Positions 36,894-50,599 of a stretch of DNA of 64,000 bases are shown piece by piece. A program made the translations under genes and the position numbers. Positions within the stretch are counted from its first letter, which is position 1, and each line of letters opens with the position of its first letter. The stretch covers positions 20,770,001-20,834,000 of the forward strand of contig OZ024762.1 in NCBI GenBank assembly GCA_964016885.1, in the 5' to 3' direction. The notes under the pieces were generated by a model. That model was given only the letters and a program-made list of their open reading frames with translations. It was not told where the DNA came from and searched no databases. The DNA comes from Eledone cirrhosa. Taxonomy: Eukaryota.

Positions 36894-36948
36894 ATATATA
36901 TTGTATATTGTATGTATATATATGATGTCATGTAATGTATGTATATTG

Positions 36949-36987
<39 letters not shown>

Positions 36988-37139
36988 GCGTAGTGTCTGT
37001 ATATGTATGTATATTACATAATATATATATGTATGTTGTGATGTATGTATATTACATAATATATGTTGTGATATATGTATATGTATATTATGTAATATAT
37101 CTGTATGTTGTGTGATGTATGTTTACTGTAAAGTATATA

Positions 37140-38515
37140 TCTTCATCTCTATTTAACATCTATTTCTTCATGCTTGCATGGCTTAGATGGTTTGTTATAT
37201 ATTAAGGCTAGACAGTTCAGGGGACTAAGACATGCTTGTATTCTCTGTATGGGCTTGGTTTCTTTGGCTGGATGCCCTTCCTAATACCAACCACTTACAG
37301 CATGTATTGGGAGGATTTTTGTGACTCTGGCACTACGACTTTACAGAGTGGACTGGATACTTTCCATTATGGCACCAACACTGCCACTTTACAGGGTGTT
37401 TTATCATGGTATCAGCACTACCACTTTACAGGGTGCACTGTGTACTTTTCCTCATGACACCAGCACTACAACCTTACAGGGTGAACTGGGTGTGTTTTAT
37501 CATGACACCAGCACTACCACTTTACATGGTGGACTAGGTACTTTTCATCATGACAACAGTACTACAGTACTACCTCCTTACAGGGTGGACTAGGTGTGTT
37601 TTATCATGGCGCCAACACTGCCATCTTACAGGTTGGACTTGGTGTTGTTTATCTAGGCACCATCACTACCTCATTACAACACTAGGGTGCTCAGTATCCT
37701 TAGTTTGGTTAGGGGGCCATTGATGAGGAGTGTGGTGCATGCTGTATGGTACTTGCCAAATAAGGGAGAGGATACAGACATCCCACTGGTTGGGGAAGAA
37801 AGTGTTGGGTCATGGAGGTTGGCCTTGAAGCAAGTGGATGGTGTCTGATATTGTGGGGTGTTACTAGCTTTACTTGTAAGTCTAAATGTTGGTCTATATG
37901 CTACTTATGCGTGGGGAGCAATTCATTATAGGGAAGAAGGCATTAGGTCATGGGGGTAGCCTTGAAACATGGGTTGTGCCTGATTTTCTGGATTGGATGG
38001 GGAAAAGTGTTGAGAGGGGTTGGATGGGTTCAGTGTGGGAAGGTAAATCATTCAAGGTTCTTAGCTTTCCGTGTTAGCATGGGTTGCACAAGGAAAGAGA
38101 GCCACGAGAAGTCGGGATTGAGGAGGACCTGAACATTGTTCCACCTCCCTGCTTCATGTTTAGGGTAGGGCAGTATGAGTAAGCAGTGGAAGGGTGCAGT
38201 CAGGTGCTTGCTGGCAGATGGGGGCCATCCTCCTTATGTTCATTTCATCTCACTTATGCGAAGGGCAGTCTCCTGGAGTATGGCATGTCACCAATCATCT
38301 CGATCTTGGGTTGTCTCTTCCATAAGATTCATCTGTATGAGATCGGCCTTCACCACATTATCCCAAGTTTTCCTAGGCCTTCCCCTTCCATAGGTTCTGT
38401 CAACTTTGAGAACCCTGCATTTCTTTATGTAACTATCATCTTTCATATTCATAACATGTCCATACCATTGCAGTTTCTTCTTCTGTATACTACATTCCAT
38501 CTCTCTTATGTCCAG
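37140..38515 (-). mobile_element. RTE-like LINE 3' end with long UTR and ~48-bp repeats
   Basis: KLQWYGHVMNMKDDSYIKKC...GRGRPRKTWDNVV at 38288-38510, degenerate ~48-bp repeats at 37320-37680, and the tail motif at 37150-37300. Confidence 0.8.
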
Positions 38516-38906
38516 GATATTGTGTAATGTATATATAACATTGTGTAATATATATATGGGATGGTCCCGTATCTCCTGATAGTCATTGAGGCGCCATATT
38601 GACATACAGCGTTTCCTGGGCATTTTACGCCCGACAGAGCCCATCCCTCTCCAGGCCTGAGTACAGTAGATTTCTTCCAGAGAAAGATAGAAAGTGAGAG
38701 AGGGGGAAATGAGAAAGAGATATGGAAGAAGAATCGACCCCAGTACTACTAGACTGGTACTATTTTATCGACCTCAAAAGGATGAAAGACAAAGTTGACC
38801 TCGGCGGGATTTAATCTCAGAGAGCTGAAGCGAATACCATAAAGCATTCTATTCGACGTTATAACAATTTTGCCAATTCACCGCCTTGTATATATATATA
38901 TATTTA

Positions 38907-38963
<57 letters not shown>

Positions 38964-39113
38964 AGTGTAATTTTCTACACAAAACGAAGGTTATAGAGAA
39001 AATTGAGGTTGGTAATGGCACATGGAATATATAAGAGACAGAATACTTTTTTGTGAAAAAACATATAATTTTATAAGGTAAGGAAATAATAAAGGGTATA
39101 AAAAATATATATT

Positions 39114-39145
<32 letters not shown>

Positions 39146-39174
39146 GATCAAAAGATGGTTAAAGGAGTTCCATG

Positions 39175-39245
39175 TATTTTATTATGCGCATTTCAAAAAC
39201 AAACATCATCATGCAATAATATTTGTGTTTTCATCAGATAAAACA
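39175..39245 (-). ncRNA. Type-I hammerhead ribozyme candidate, intact core and long stem II
   Basis: Minus strand: UGUUUUAU-CUGAUGA-AAACACAAAUAUUAUU(gcau)GAUGAUGUUUGUUUUU-GAAA-UGCGCA-UA^AUAAAAUA. Stem II has 15 of 16 positions paired; palindromic AUGCGCAU stem III. Confidence 0.85.
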
Positions 39246-39482
39246 GGAGAACATGATATGGAGGCTAAAAAACACTTGTGGATAGTGCAGTTTTAAATCA
39301 ACATATCATATATATATATATATAGAGAAAGGATAAAAAGGATGATTGGTTATTCCTTCATTGCATTTATTGATAGGTGACGCGCGTTTTGCCACTGATC
39401 AGCTCAAGGTTCGATCTATATCGATCCTACCCGACTCAATAATCGGCAGCTCGACGGACCCTCTTAAAATGCTATAATAAAA

Positions 39483-39526
<44 letters not shown>

Positions 39527-39527
<1 letters not shown>

Positions 39528-39830
39528 CGAAGGAGGTGTGGTAAGGAACCAGATGGACCATAACACACCAGAGTACTCAATACTTAGAGTAATAGAGTGG
39601 GTAATAGGAAAATGTTTGACCCTGACGGCAGAGCTCAAGTGTTTCGACGGCTATTTCTGGACGCAAATAGAAATAGCCGTCGAAATGGCTTGAGCTCTGC
39701 CGTTGGGGTCAAACATTTTCCTATATATATATATATATATATATATAACAAAGGAAATGTGGTAAGGAACCAGGTGGACCATAACGCACCAAAGTACTCA
39801 ATACTTAGGGTAGTAGAGTGAGTAATAATT
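39527..39830. mobile_element. PLE-type terminus with a ~120-bp fold-back palindrome plus a second partial copy
   Basis: TAGGAAAATGTTTGACCC...TTTCGACGGCTATTTCT pairs with AGAAATAGCCGTCGAAA...GGGTCAAACATTTTCCTA (39605-39723). Homologous to 5161-5300. Confidence 0.75.
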
Positions 39831-39864
<34 letters not shown>

Positions 39865-40579
39865 GTCTGATGTTGTGTAATGTATGTTTATGTATGATAT
39901 TGTATAATCTATTGTATAATCTAAATGTATATTGTGTAATGTATGTGTTTATATATATTGTGAAATGTATGTATGTATATTGTGTAATCTATATACATAT
40001 ATATATATCCTTACTGTTTAATATATATTATGTATGAACTTGTGTACTGTATATATGTGTATGAACTTGTGTAATATGTTTGTGTATGTATATTGTGTAA
40101 TGTATATATGCGTGTGCAGTTGTATAGTGTATATATGTGTATACAACTGTGGAATATATATGTGTATATGCAACTGTGGAATATATATGTGTATATGCAA
40201 CTGTGGAATATATTTATGATAGTGAAGTGTGTGTGCTATATGAGTGCATGTATGTATATTGTGCATTATGTATGTGAGTCAAGGGCGGTGGATTGGCAGT
40301 ATCGGTAGAGGGTCGGACGCCATGCTTTCCAGCATAGTTACGTCCCTTTACCATCTGAGTTCAAATCCCGCCGAGGTTGACTTTGCCTTTCATCCTTACG
40401 GGGTCGATAAAATAAAGTGCCAGTAATGCACTGGGTATTTGCTGGCCTTGTGCCTAAAGTAGAAATAATTATGTATGTGAAGTTGTGCTGTTTATGTGTG
40501 TGTGAATTTTAGTTATTGTGTCTTTACCATACAAAAAAATGTGTGTTGGTGGCAGGAAAGGCATCTGGCTGTAACGTAT

Positions 40580-41153
40580 GGGTCAACTGTAGCCATGCTG
40601 AGGCACACCCTTGATTTAGCCAATCATATTGCCCTCGGTAGTCTTTTGCTGGTTCCAGTCATTAGACTGTGACCATGCTGCGACATTCCCTAGATCATAA
40701 TAGCTCCAGTAGTCTTTTGTTGGTTCCAGTCATTAGACCATGGCCATGCTTGGGCACACCCTCTTGATTTAGTTGATCATCTCAACCCCAGTTGTCTTTT
40801 GCTGGTTCCAGTCAGACTGGCCATACTAGAGCATAGCCTTGATTTAGTTGATTATATGAACTCCAGTACTTCTCTTTCAAGTTTTGTACCTATTTTATTG
40901 AGCTTTTCTTTTTCTTTCAAACTGCCAAGTTATGGAGCATAAACACAGCCGCAGACACAAACGTAAACATTCACCCTTCCCAATACACACACACCCACCC
41001 ACACAAATACACAAAGATGACGAGTTTCTGCAGTTTCTGTCTACCAAATTCCACTCACATCTCTAAGCTACAGTAGGAGGCACATGACACAGTGGGAACT
41101 AAACTCAGAACCAACTGGTTGTGAGGCAAACCTCCTTAACCACCCAGTCATGT
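40580..41153 (-). mobile_element. Older tRNA-derived SINE with internal ~75-bp duplications
   Basis: Reverse tRNA-like head at 41085-41153; GTCTTTTGCTGGTTCCAGTCA repeated three times. Confidence 0.5.
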
Positions 41154-41438
41154 CTGTGGTAGGACTGAAGTGCTCATCTGGCTGTAGAAATGTCCAATGG
41201 ATAAATTGGAAGTGATACAGAAATTGCTTTATTTTGTTTTATTGTGTTGGGAGGGGGATTTTTTGAGAATGGGGGAGTTACCCTCTCCACCCACCCCCTC
41301 TGTCTCTCTCTCCCTACCTCCACTCAATCCTGAGAATCTGTCTGTCTTTCTGTCTCTGTCACTCTCCCCACTCAATCCTAAGATTCTCTTTCTCTCTCTC
41401 TCTCTCTCACACACTCTCTCGCCACTCAATCCTGAGAA

Positions 41439-41474
<36 letters not shown>

Positions 41475-41659
41475 CAGTCAATCCCGAGATTCACTTTTTT
41501 CTCTCTCTCTTTCTCTCTAACTAATCCTGAGATTCTCTCTCCTTCTCTCTCTCACTCTCTCTCAGAAATCAATACTATAAGTCAAGTTAGGTCAGTTAGT
41601 ATTCCAATAAATTGTGAGATCACTGAATTTGCTGGCACCAAATCTACCAAGAAGGGAAG

Positions 41660-41955
41660 GGACCACTACCATTAATACCACTACTACCACTACTATTGCT
41701 GCTGCTACTACTACTATTATTACTACTACCTTTACAAGAAATACTACCACCACTACTACTACTACTAACACCACCATTAGCACCTTTTACAAGAAATACT
41801 ACCACTACCAATATTAGCACTGCTACCACCACCACCACTATTACTACTACTTCTACTACCAGCACTACCACCTTTACAAGAAATACTACCACTTCCAGTA
41901 TTAGTGCCACCACCACCACTACCACCTTTACAAGAAATACTACCAGTATTAATGT

Positions 41956-41991
<36 letters not shown>

Positions 41992-42030
41992 CACTACTAC
42001 TACTACCACTACTACTACTACTACTAACAA
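41660..42030. repeat. (ACT/ACC)n compound repeat with a recurring CCTTTACAAGAAATACT spacer
   Basis: Direct inspection. Confidence 0.85.
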
Positions 42031-42290
42031 TGATAGATATAATAGAATCATGAATGATTGTCACAGTGCCAGTATTTTAAAGTTCTTTTATAGGCATACT
42101 TCCTCCTTTCTTCCTTTCTTCCTCTCTCTCTCTCTCTCTCTCTCTCTTTTGCTCTTGCTCTGTCTTTCTCTTTACTCTCTACCTCAGTCTTTCTACCACA
42201 CTATCACACCACCGTCACCATCACTATATGTCACTATGTAATGTTCTACATCTATTTAATCACTAAATAGATGTGGGCTTAAATATGATG

Positions 42291-42335
<45 letters not shown>

Positions 42336-42426
42336 CATACATACATACATACATAATTAAACATGTTTTTATGTATATGTATATATATATATATATATAT
42401 ATACACATACATAATTAAACATGTTT

Positions 42427-42483
<57 letters not shown>

Positions 42484-42511
42484 GCACACACATAATTAAA
42501 CCTATTTTTAC

Positions 42512-42548
<37 letters not shown>

Positions 42549-42579
42549 CATAATTAAACATTTTATAATAAACATATTA

Positions 42580-42629
<50 letters not shown>

Positions 42630-42635
42630 CATATA

Positions 42636-42797
42636 TACACTAGAAGAGGAAGACCAAGGTTAACGTATGTTGATGCCCTAAGGACAGACACTGGTCTGTT
42701 GGAGACGCAGGACATGGCAGCGATAATGAGGGACAGAGACCGCTGGAGAGAACTCGTCCATGGATCTCGGGAATTTTACCCGCCCTAGATAGATAGA
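42636..42797 (+). mobile_element. 5'-truncated copy of the 19866-20160 RTE-like LINE with a (TAGA)n tail
   Basis: [25 protein letters not shown]...EFYPP*; four differences from the other copy. Confidence 0.85.
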
Positions 42798-42838
42798 TAT
42801 ATATATATACATAATTAAACGTTATGACATTATGTATA

Positions 42839-42911
<73 letters not shown>

Positions 42912-43399
42912 CACAAACCACTACTACCATATCACCACTATCATGCCACCACTACCATGCCACCACTACCATGGCAATACCATACCACCACAACCACCAC
43001 TATCATACTGCCACCATACCACCACTACCATACCACCACTATACCAGTACTACCATACCGCCACCACTACCATACCGCCACCACTACCACACCCCCATCA
43101 CTATCACACCACACCACCACCATCACAACCATGCCACCACCAATACCACTACCAGCATACCACTACCACCACTACCATACCACCACCACTACTACCACCA
43201 CCATACCACTACCACACCACCAATACCACTACACTACCACTACACCACTACCACTACACCACTACCACCACCACCACCACTAATCTCTTTCACTATTTCT
43301 TTCTTTCACAATTTGATTGGTGAAAAAAAAAAATCATTTTCTGTTTGCTTTCTACATCTCTCAGTTTCTGATGTGAATCTGCTATCTATGTAAGCTATT

Positions 43400-44330
43400 T
43401 AACTCTCTCTCTCTCCCCCAGCCTCCCTGTCTCTCTCTCCCCCAGCCTCTCTGTCTCTCTCCCAGCCTCTCTCTCCCCTAGCTTCTCTGTCTGTCTCACT
43501 CTCCCCCAGCCTCTCTGTCTGTCTCTCTCTTTCTCAGCCTCTGTGTCTGTCTCTCTCTTTCTATCCTCTGTCTGTCTCTCTCTCCCCCAGCCTCTCTGTC
43601 AGCCTCTGCCTGTCTCTCTCTTTCTCAGCCTCTGTCTGTCTCTCTCTTTCTCAGCCTCTGTCTGTCTGTCTCACTCTCCCCCAGCCTCTGTCTGTCTGTC
43701 TCTCTCTTTCTCAGCCTCTGTCTGTCTGTCTCTCTCTTTCTCAGCCTCTGTCTGTCTGTCTCTCTCTTTCTCAGCCTCTGTCTGTCTCTCTCTCTTTCTC
43801 AGCCTCTGTCTGTCTCTCTCTCTTTCTCAGCCTCTGTCTGTCTCTCTCTTTCTCAGCCTCTGTCTGTCTGTCTCACTCTCCCCCAGCCTCTGTCTGTCTG
43901 TCTGTCTCTCTCTTTCTCAGCCTCTGTCTGTCTGTCTCTCTCTTTCTCAGCCTCTGTCTGTCTGTCTCTCTCTTTCTCAGCCTCTGTCTGTCTCTCTCTC
44001 TTTCTCAGCCTCTGTCTGTCTCTCTCTCTTTCTCAGCCTCTGTCTGTCTCTCTCTCTTTCTCAGCCTCTGTCTGTCTGTCTCTCTCTTTCTCAGCCTCTG
44101 TCTGTCTGTCTCTTTCTCAGCCTCTGTCTGTCTCTCTCTTTCTCAGCCTCTGCCTGTCTCTCTCTCTCTTTCTCAGCCTCTGTCTGTCTCTCTCTCTCTC
44201 TCTTTCTCAGCCTCTGTCTGTCTGTCTCTCTCTTTCTCAGCCTCTGTCTGTCTCTCTCTCTCTTTCTCAGCCTCTGTCTGTCTCTCTCTCTTTCTCAGCC
44301 TCTGTCTGTCTGTCTCTCTCTTTCTCAGCC

Positions 44331-44386
<56 letters not shown>

Positions 44387-44450
44387 AGCCTCTGTCTGTC
44401 TCTCTTTCTCAGCCTCTCTGTCACTCTCTCTCTCTCTTTCTCTCTTAGCC
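43400..44450. repeat. Pyrimidine-rich minisatellite (TTTCTCAGCCTCTGTCTGTCTCTC, ~26-34 bp variable unit)
   Basis: Direct inspection. Confidence 0.9.
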
Positions 44451-45538
44451 CCTCTGTCTGTCTCTTTCTCTTTCTCTGCATCTCTATTTGCCTTTCTGTC
44501 TCTTTGCCTCTCTCTGCCTATCTGCCCTCCCCCCCTATCTCTGCCTACCTGCCCCCCCCCCCCCCTATCTCTGCCTATCTGCCCCCCCCCCCCCCCACTC
44601 TCTCTCTCCCTTTTTCATTAGCTCTCCTTCACTATTTCTCTTTGACTCTCTATTTGCTTCTTTGTCTCACTGTCTCTCTCTGTCTCTCTCTCTCTCTCTG
44701 TCTCTCTCTCTCTCTCATTCTACCTCTTCTCTGCATCTCTATTTGCCTCTTTGTCTCACCCCCCGCCCCGCCTCCCTCTCTGTAATACTACAGCCTCTGT
44801 GATAATGCAGCTACCACACAGGAATAGTTGAATGCGTCTACACATCACACTTCATTCTTTCCTCTGCTGGTGATTCTTCTGTAGAAACACTTGTTGTATC
44901 TACCTTAAGTTTACCTTAAATCTTCAAATATAGGCTGTGTTTCAGCATCAATTGCCTTTCATCCTTACGGGGTCGATAAAATAAAGTACCAGTAATGCAC
45001 TGGGTAATTGCTGGCCTTGTGCCTAAAGTAGAAACAATATTTATTATAAGACTTTCTCTTTCTTTCTCTCTCTCTTTCTTTCTTTTTCTCTTTTTCTCAT
45101 TCTCTTTCTCTCTCTTTCTCTCCCATTCTCTCTCTCATTCTCTCTTTCTCTCTCATTCTCTTTCTCTCTCTTTCTCTCCCATTCTCTCTCTCATTCTCTC
45201 TTTCTCTCTCATTCTCTTTCTCTCTCTTCTCCCATTCTCTCTCTCATTCTCTCTTTCTCTCTCATTCTCTTTCTCTCTCTTTCTCTCCCATTCTCTCTCT
45301 CATTCTCTTTTTCTCTCCCATTCTCTTTCTCTCTCTTTCTCTCCCATTCTCTCTCTCATTCTCTTTTTCTCTCCCATTCTCTTTCTCTCTCTTTCTCTCC
45401 CATTCTCTCTCTCATTCTCTCTTTCTCTCCCATTCTCTTTCTCTCTCTTTCTCTCCCATTCTCTCTCTCATTCTCTCTTTCTCTCTCATTCTCTCTAGAT
45501 ATCTAGATAGATGTGTGTATACACGCACACGCACACGC

Positions 45539-45578
<40 letters not shown>

Positions 45579-45741
45579 GTGTGCGTGTATCAGTTGCTGC
45601 AAAATGTCATACCAACACTATTTATAAAAGTTAGTATAGGCATTATGTCCTCTATAAACAATTCAACCAGCAGCGGAGTGGTTTGACGGATGTTAGCGAC
45701 ATATACCATTCTTAAAAAATAATGAATATCTGTGTATATAT

Positions 45742-46092
45742 ATGGAGGCACATGGCTTAGTGGTTAGAGCATTGGCCTTGCAATCGAAAGGTTGTGAGTT
45801 CAATTCTCAGACCGGGTGGTGTGTTGTTTCCTTGAGCAAGACACTTTATTTCACATTGCTCCAGTTTACTCAGCTGTAGAAATGAGATGATAGGGACTGG
45901 GGTCCCTATCATTCCACTGCAAAGTGGTCGTGCAGGTGCCACGGCAAAAAAAGCACCCAGCACTCACTGTAAATGAGGTTGGTGTTAGGAAGGGCATCCA
46001 GCTGTAGAAATCAAGCCAGAATCGGTTCCCGTCCCACCCTTGCAAGCAGGGAAAAAGCGGACGTAAAATGAAATGATGATGAAAATGATGAT
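45742..46092 (+). mobile_element. SINE family B copy
   Basis: Near-identical to 33503-33848. Confidence 0.88.
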
Positions 46093-48220
46093 GTGTATGT
46101 GTGTGTATATATATGTATATATTTGTGTTTATGATTACTGTTTGGTTATATCATATGACTTAGCAGTTCAACAGAGCTTGATAAAATAAGGACTGGACAT
46201 GAAAAAAATAATAATACTGAGATCAATATGATTGATTATATTCCTTGAAAGTGGTGCTCCAGGACTGAAACCAGTCACATAACATAGTATATATTGAGCA
46301 TTGGCAGAATCGGTAGAGGGTCAGACGCATAGAGTTATGATCTGAGTTCAAATCCTGCCGAGGTTAACTTTGCCTTTCATCCTTACGGGGTCGATAAAAT
46401 AAAGTACCAGTCACGCACTGGGGTCGATTTAATCGACTTTTCACTTCCCAAAATTACTGGCCTTATACCTATACTAGACATCATTTTCTTTTGTTCTTTT
46501 ACATCAAAACATTTGGGTGGAAAGGTTTTTTCGTGCTTTTTTAAATACATTTTTTTCTTTGTCTTACCATTTCTACTCTTTCAGTCTTCTTTAACCATTT
46601 CATGACCATATTTCTAATGACAGACACTGTCCCTTATAATCAAGAATTTGGTGGGATTTTTAGTAATATAACTTTCTCATTATTTAACCCTTTAGTAAAA
46701 GGCGAAAGATTTATCCGCTTTGGGTGAAGAGAAACCTGGGCTTTCTCCACAAATGTCCCTCCGAAGTCTCCCCCCTATTGGGGAATTTTTCATTGTTATT
46801 TTTTTGTTACATCCTCTGTGTTTGTTCTTTACACACAGAAATGCCCATTTGTACCGTCCTGTATTGTCCTGCACTGTCCTTAATGTCTACTTTATGTAAA
46901 CCCTTGTGGTTAATAAAGAAATCATTATTTAACCCTTTAGCATTTACATTACTTGATATATACTATTGTATTTTCACGGTAAACGTTTTATCTTACATAA
47001 TATCTCACATAATATCGAATCTGTGAGATTTTGATATTATTTATTATGAGAACAATACCTTAACATTGGTATGAATGGCCGATTACAGCATGTATGAACA
47101 GAAAGAGGTGAGAGAATTCTGGCCAGATACAGCTGTGGGAAGACAACAAATGTTCTTAGATATAATTATGATGGAAGGTTTTTAGATAAACTTAAACACT
47201 ACAAGCATTTCATTACCATATTTTTAATGAAAGACACTGTCTTCTATGATTTTCAAATAATTTTGAAAATAAAGAATTTGAAGGGATTTAATAGTATAAC
47301 TAGCTTTTATTAAGTTGGTGTTTGGAAGGTAACAAAAGTTCTTACATAAAATTATGATGGAAGGGTTTTAGATAAATATAAACATTTTAAACATTTCATT
47401 ACGATATTTCTAAAGAAACTCAGTCTTCTATGATTTTCAAATTATTTTGAAAATAAAGATTTTGGAGGGATTTAGTAATATAACTAGCTCTCTGTTTGGA
47501 ATGTAACAAAGGTTCTTACATAAAATTGTGATAGGAATTTAGATTGAGAAAGTGGCAATGTGAATAGAAGGCTTCACAATTTATGCTGTCTCTGAGTTCT
47601 AGTTTCACAGACTTCGCCTTTATCTTTCATCCTTTTGAGGTCAATAAAAAAAGTATCAGTCCAGTACTGTGGGTCCTGTGGGTCACTTCTTTCTCTATAT
47701 ATCTTTCTCACTTCCTCTCTACCTCGCTCTATCTCTGGAGGATATCAATTGTTATCAGACCTGGAGAGGAGATAGACTCTGCTAGGTTTAAAATGCATAA
47801 GACATATTGTATGTCATGAGGGCACCCCTAGAACACAATCATGAGTTATGTCCTTAAAATAGAAAGTATGTAAACACTTTAGAATAAACAGATCAGATCA
47901 TAAAAGCAGCAGTGGTTTCAAGTGGCTTGGTATAGTTAAGTCTTTAGGCTTATGTCAGTATTTCTAATCTGGAAGATATTTAGTGCAACATGTCTGAGAG
48001 TATTGTTGATGTTTTCATCTTGGTTGTTTGCAACATTGTCTTTTTCTCTCCATCATCATCATCATCATCATCATTGTTTAACGTCCATTTTCCATACCAG
48101 CATGAGTAGGACACGCTGTCCCTTTATGAGAGATCATATCAGAGGACTGTGTTTCACTCACACAAAACTGATTTTGGCTTGGTTTTTATGGCTGGATGCC
48201 CTGCTTAATGCCAACTACAT

Positions 48221-49330
48221 TTACAGTGTGGGCTAGGTGCTTTTTGTCATGACACCTACATGACCACCTTACAGTGTGGGCTAGGTGCTTTTTGTCATGA
48301 CACCTACATGACCACCTTACAGTGTGGGCTAGGTGCTTTTTGTCATGACACCTACATGACCACCTTACAGTGTGGGCTAGGTGCTTTTTGTCATGACACC
48401 TACATGACCACCTTACAGTGTGGGCTAGGTGCTTTTTGTCATGACACCTACATGACCACCTTACAGTGTGGGCTAGGTGCTTTTTGTCATGACACCTACA
48501 TGACCACCTTACAGTGTGGGCTAGGTGCTTTTTGTCATGACACCTACATGACCACCTTACAGTGTGGGCTAGGTACTTTTTGTTATGACACCTACATGAC
48601 CACCTTACAGTGTGGGCTAGGTGCTTTTTGTCATGACACCTACATGACCACCTTACAGTGTGGGCTAGGTGCTTTTTGTCATGACACCTACATGACCACC
48701 TTACAGTGTGGGCTGGGTTCTTTTGTCATGACACCTACATGACCACCTTACAGTGTGGGCTAGGTGCTTTTTGTCATGACACCTACATGACCACCTTACA
48801 GTGTGGGCTAGGTACTTTTTGTCATGACACCTACATGACCACCTTACAGTGTGGGCTGGGTTCTTTTGTCATGACACCTACATGACCACCTTACAGTGTG
48901 GGCTAGGTGCTTTTTGTCATGACACCTACATGACCACCTTACAGTGTGGGCTAGGTACTTTTTGTCATGACACCTACATGACCACCTTACAGTGTGGGCT
49001 GGGTTCTTTTGTCATGACACCTACATGACCACCTTACAGTGTGGGCTAGGTGCTTTTTGTCATGACACCTACATGACCACCTTACAGTGTGGGCTAGGTG
49101 CTTTTTGTCATGACACCTACATGACCACCTTACAGTGTGGGCTGGGTTCTTTTGTCGTGACACCTACACAACCACTTTACAGTTTGGACTGGGCACTTTT
49201 ATCGTGACACCTACATGACCACTTGACAGTGTCGACTGGGCACTTTTGTTGTGACCCCTACACAACCACTTTAGTGTGGGCTGGGCACTTTTGTCATCAC
49301 ACCTATATGACCACTTTACAGTATGGGCTG
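48221..49330. repeat. 48-bp minisatellite, ~23 highly homogeneous copies, in a minus-strand retroelement tail
   Basis: Unit GACACCTACATGACCACCTTACAGTGTGGGCTAGGTGCTTTTTGTCAT, preceded by a (CAT)n tail and GGCTGGATGCCC at 48050-48220. Confidence 0.95.
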
Positions 49331-49690
49331 GGCTTGCTATCTGTAAAATACATTGTATTCACTACTTTGATGGTAGTTGCCATCATTATCATCACTGTTT
49401 AACGTCCATTTTTTCCATACTTGCATGAGTTAGATGTGTCAAGAACGTGATGGGACAAGTCTCAGTAGTTAACTACACCGTACCTTACTTAAATGGAACT
49501 GTATCTTGGCTGGGATATTCTACAGCTGGATGCCCTTCTTAACACCAACCACATTTACAATGTGGAACTGGATGGTTCTGTTATGAAGCAAGTCTGGCTA
49601 GGTGGCCACGCTGTATCTTGCACATATCGGGACTGTGTTGGCTGGGTTTTGTAGCTGCTGGATGCCATTCCTAACACTATATATATGTAT

Positions 49691-50038
49691 ATGGAGGCAC
49701 ATGGCTTAGTGGTTAGAGCATTGGCCTTGCAATCGAAAGGTTGTGAGTTCAATTCTGAGACCGGGTGATGTGTTGTTTCCTTGAGCAAGACACTTTATTT
49801 CACATTGCTCCAGTTTACTCAGCTGTAGAAATGAGATGATAGGGACTGGGGTCCATATCATTCCACTGCAAAGTGGTCGTGAAGGTGCCACGGCAAAAAA
49901 GCACCCAGCACTCACTGTAAATGAGGTTGGTGTTAGGAAGGGCCTCCAGCTGTAGAAATCAAGCCAGAATCAGTTCCCGTCCCACCCTTGCAAGCAGGGA
50001 AAAAGCGGACGTAAAATGAAATGATGAATGATGATGAT
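49691..50038 (+). mobile_element. SINE family B copy
   Basis: Near-identical to 33503-33848. Confidence 0.88.
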
Positions 50039-50210
50039 ATATAATTATATATATGTATAATTTTATATATATATATATATATTACATATATATACATATG
50101 TGTGTGTATCCCCATTCTTTAAATCCATCAACCAATGACCTCCACCCATCCTAATCACCACCTTCCCCTACCAACAGAAAATGTATAAATACCACATCAC
50201 ATTGACAGTC

Positions 50211-50262
50211 GGCTTTCCTGATGATTTCCTTCGAATGAACCAGTTCTAGTCTTGTAGAAGCC
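50211..50262 (+). ncRNA. Degenerate hammerhead (GAAA changed to GAAC) of the fold-back family
   Basis: GGCUUUC-CUGAUGA-uUUCcuucGAAu-GAAC-CAGuucuagucUUG-UA-GAAGCC. Confidence 0.55.
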
Positions 50263-50265
50263 TTT

Positions 50266-50296
<31 letters not shown>

Positions 50297-50319
50297 ATAA
50301 TTTTATGAAGTAGGAGCCT

Positions 50320-50530
50320 AACTAGTCACCCGCATAGTCAATCAGGTAATGCATGATGGGGTCATACCCAATGAGTGGCATACTAGTATATTCATTAATT
50401 GTTACAAGGTAAAAGGTGATACTCTAGAAAGGGACAACTAAAGTTATGAAACTAATGGATCAAATTATGAATGATACAGAAAGGGTTTTAGGACAACTAA
50501 TTAGAGAATGAGTCCAACTAGACAAGACAA
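50320..50530 (+). pseudogene. Degraded RTE reverse-transcriptase N-terminal fragment
   Basis: LVTRIVNQVMHDGVIPNEWHTSIFINCYKVKGDTLERDN*, then KLMDQIM...ERVL in a shifted frame. Resembles the LINE IPxEW...KxKGD...NY motif. Confidence 0.7.
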
Positions 50531-50599
50531 ATAAGACGGACACACAGAAGCAATAACTAATATCTAATCTAATCTGGCTGAGTTTACACTCACAAATAA

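Noticed and set aside
41125-41150. CCTCCTTAAC as the U12 branch point for exon 3
   Set aside because: It lies within a reverse SINE head and is not followed by tomosyn-like coding sequence.
41696-43393. Thr/His/Pro-rich ORFs resembling mucin or extensin
   Set aside because: Derived from (ACT/ACC)n repeats, open in several frames, with no supported splice context.
48221-49330. CRISPR-like regular array and repetitive ORF (MTTLQCGLGAFCHDTY)n
   Set aside because: Head-to-tail units without unique spacers, in a eukaryotic context inside a retroelement tail. The ORF exists only because 48 is divisible by 3.
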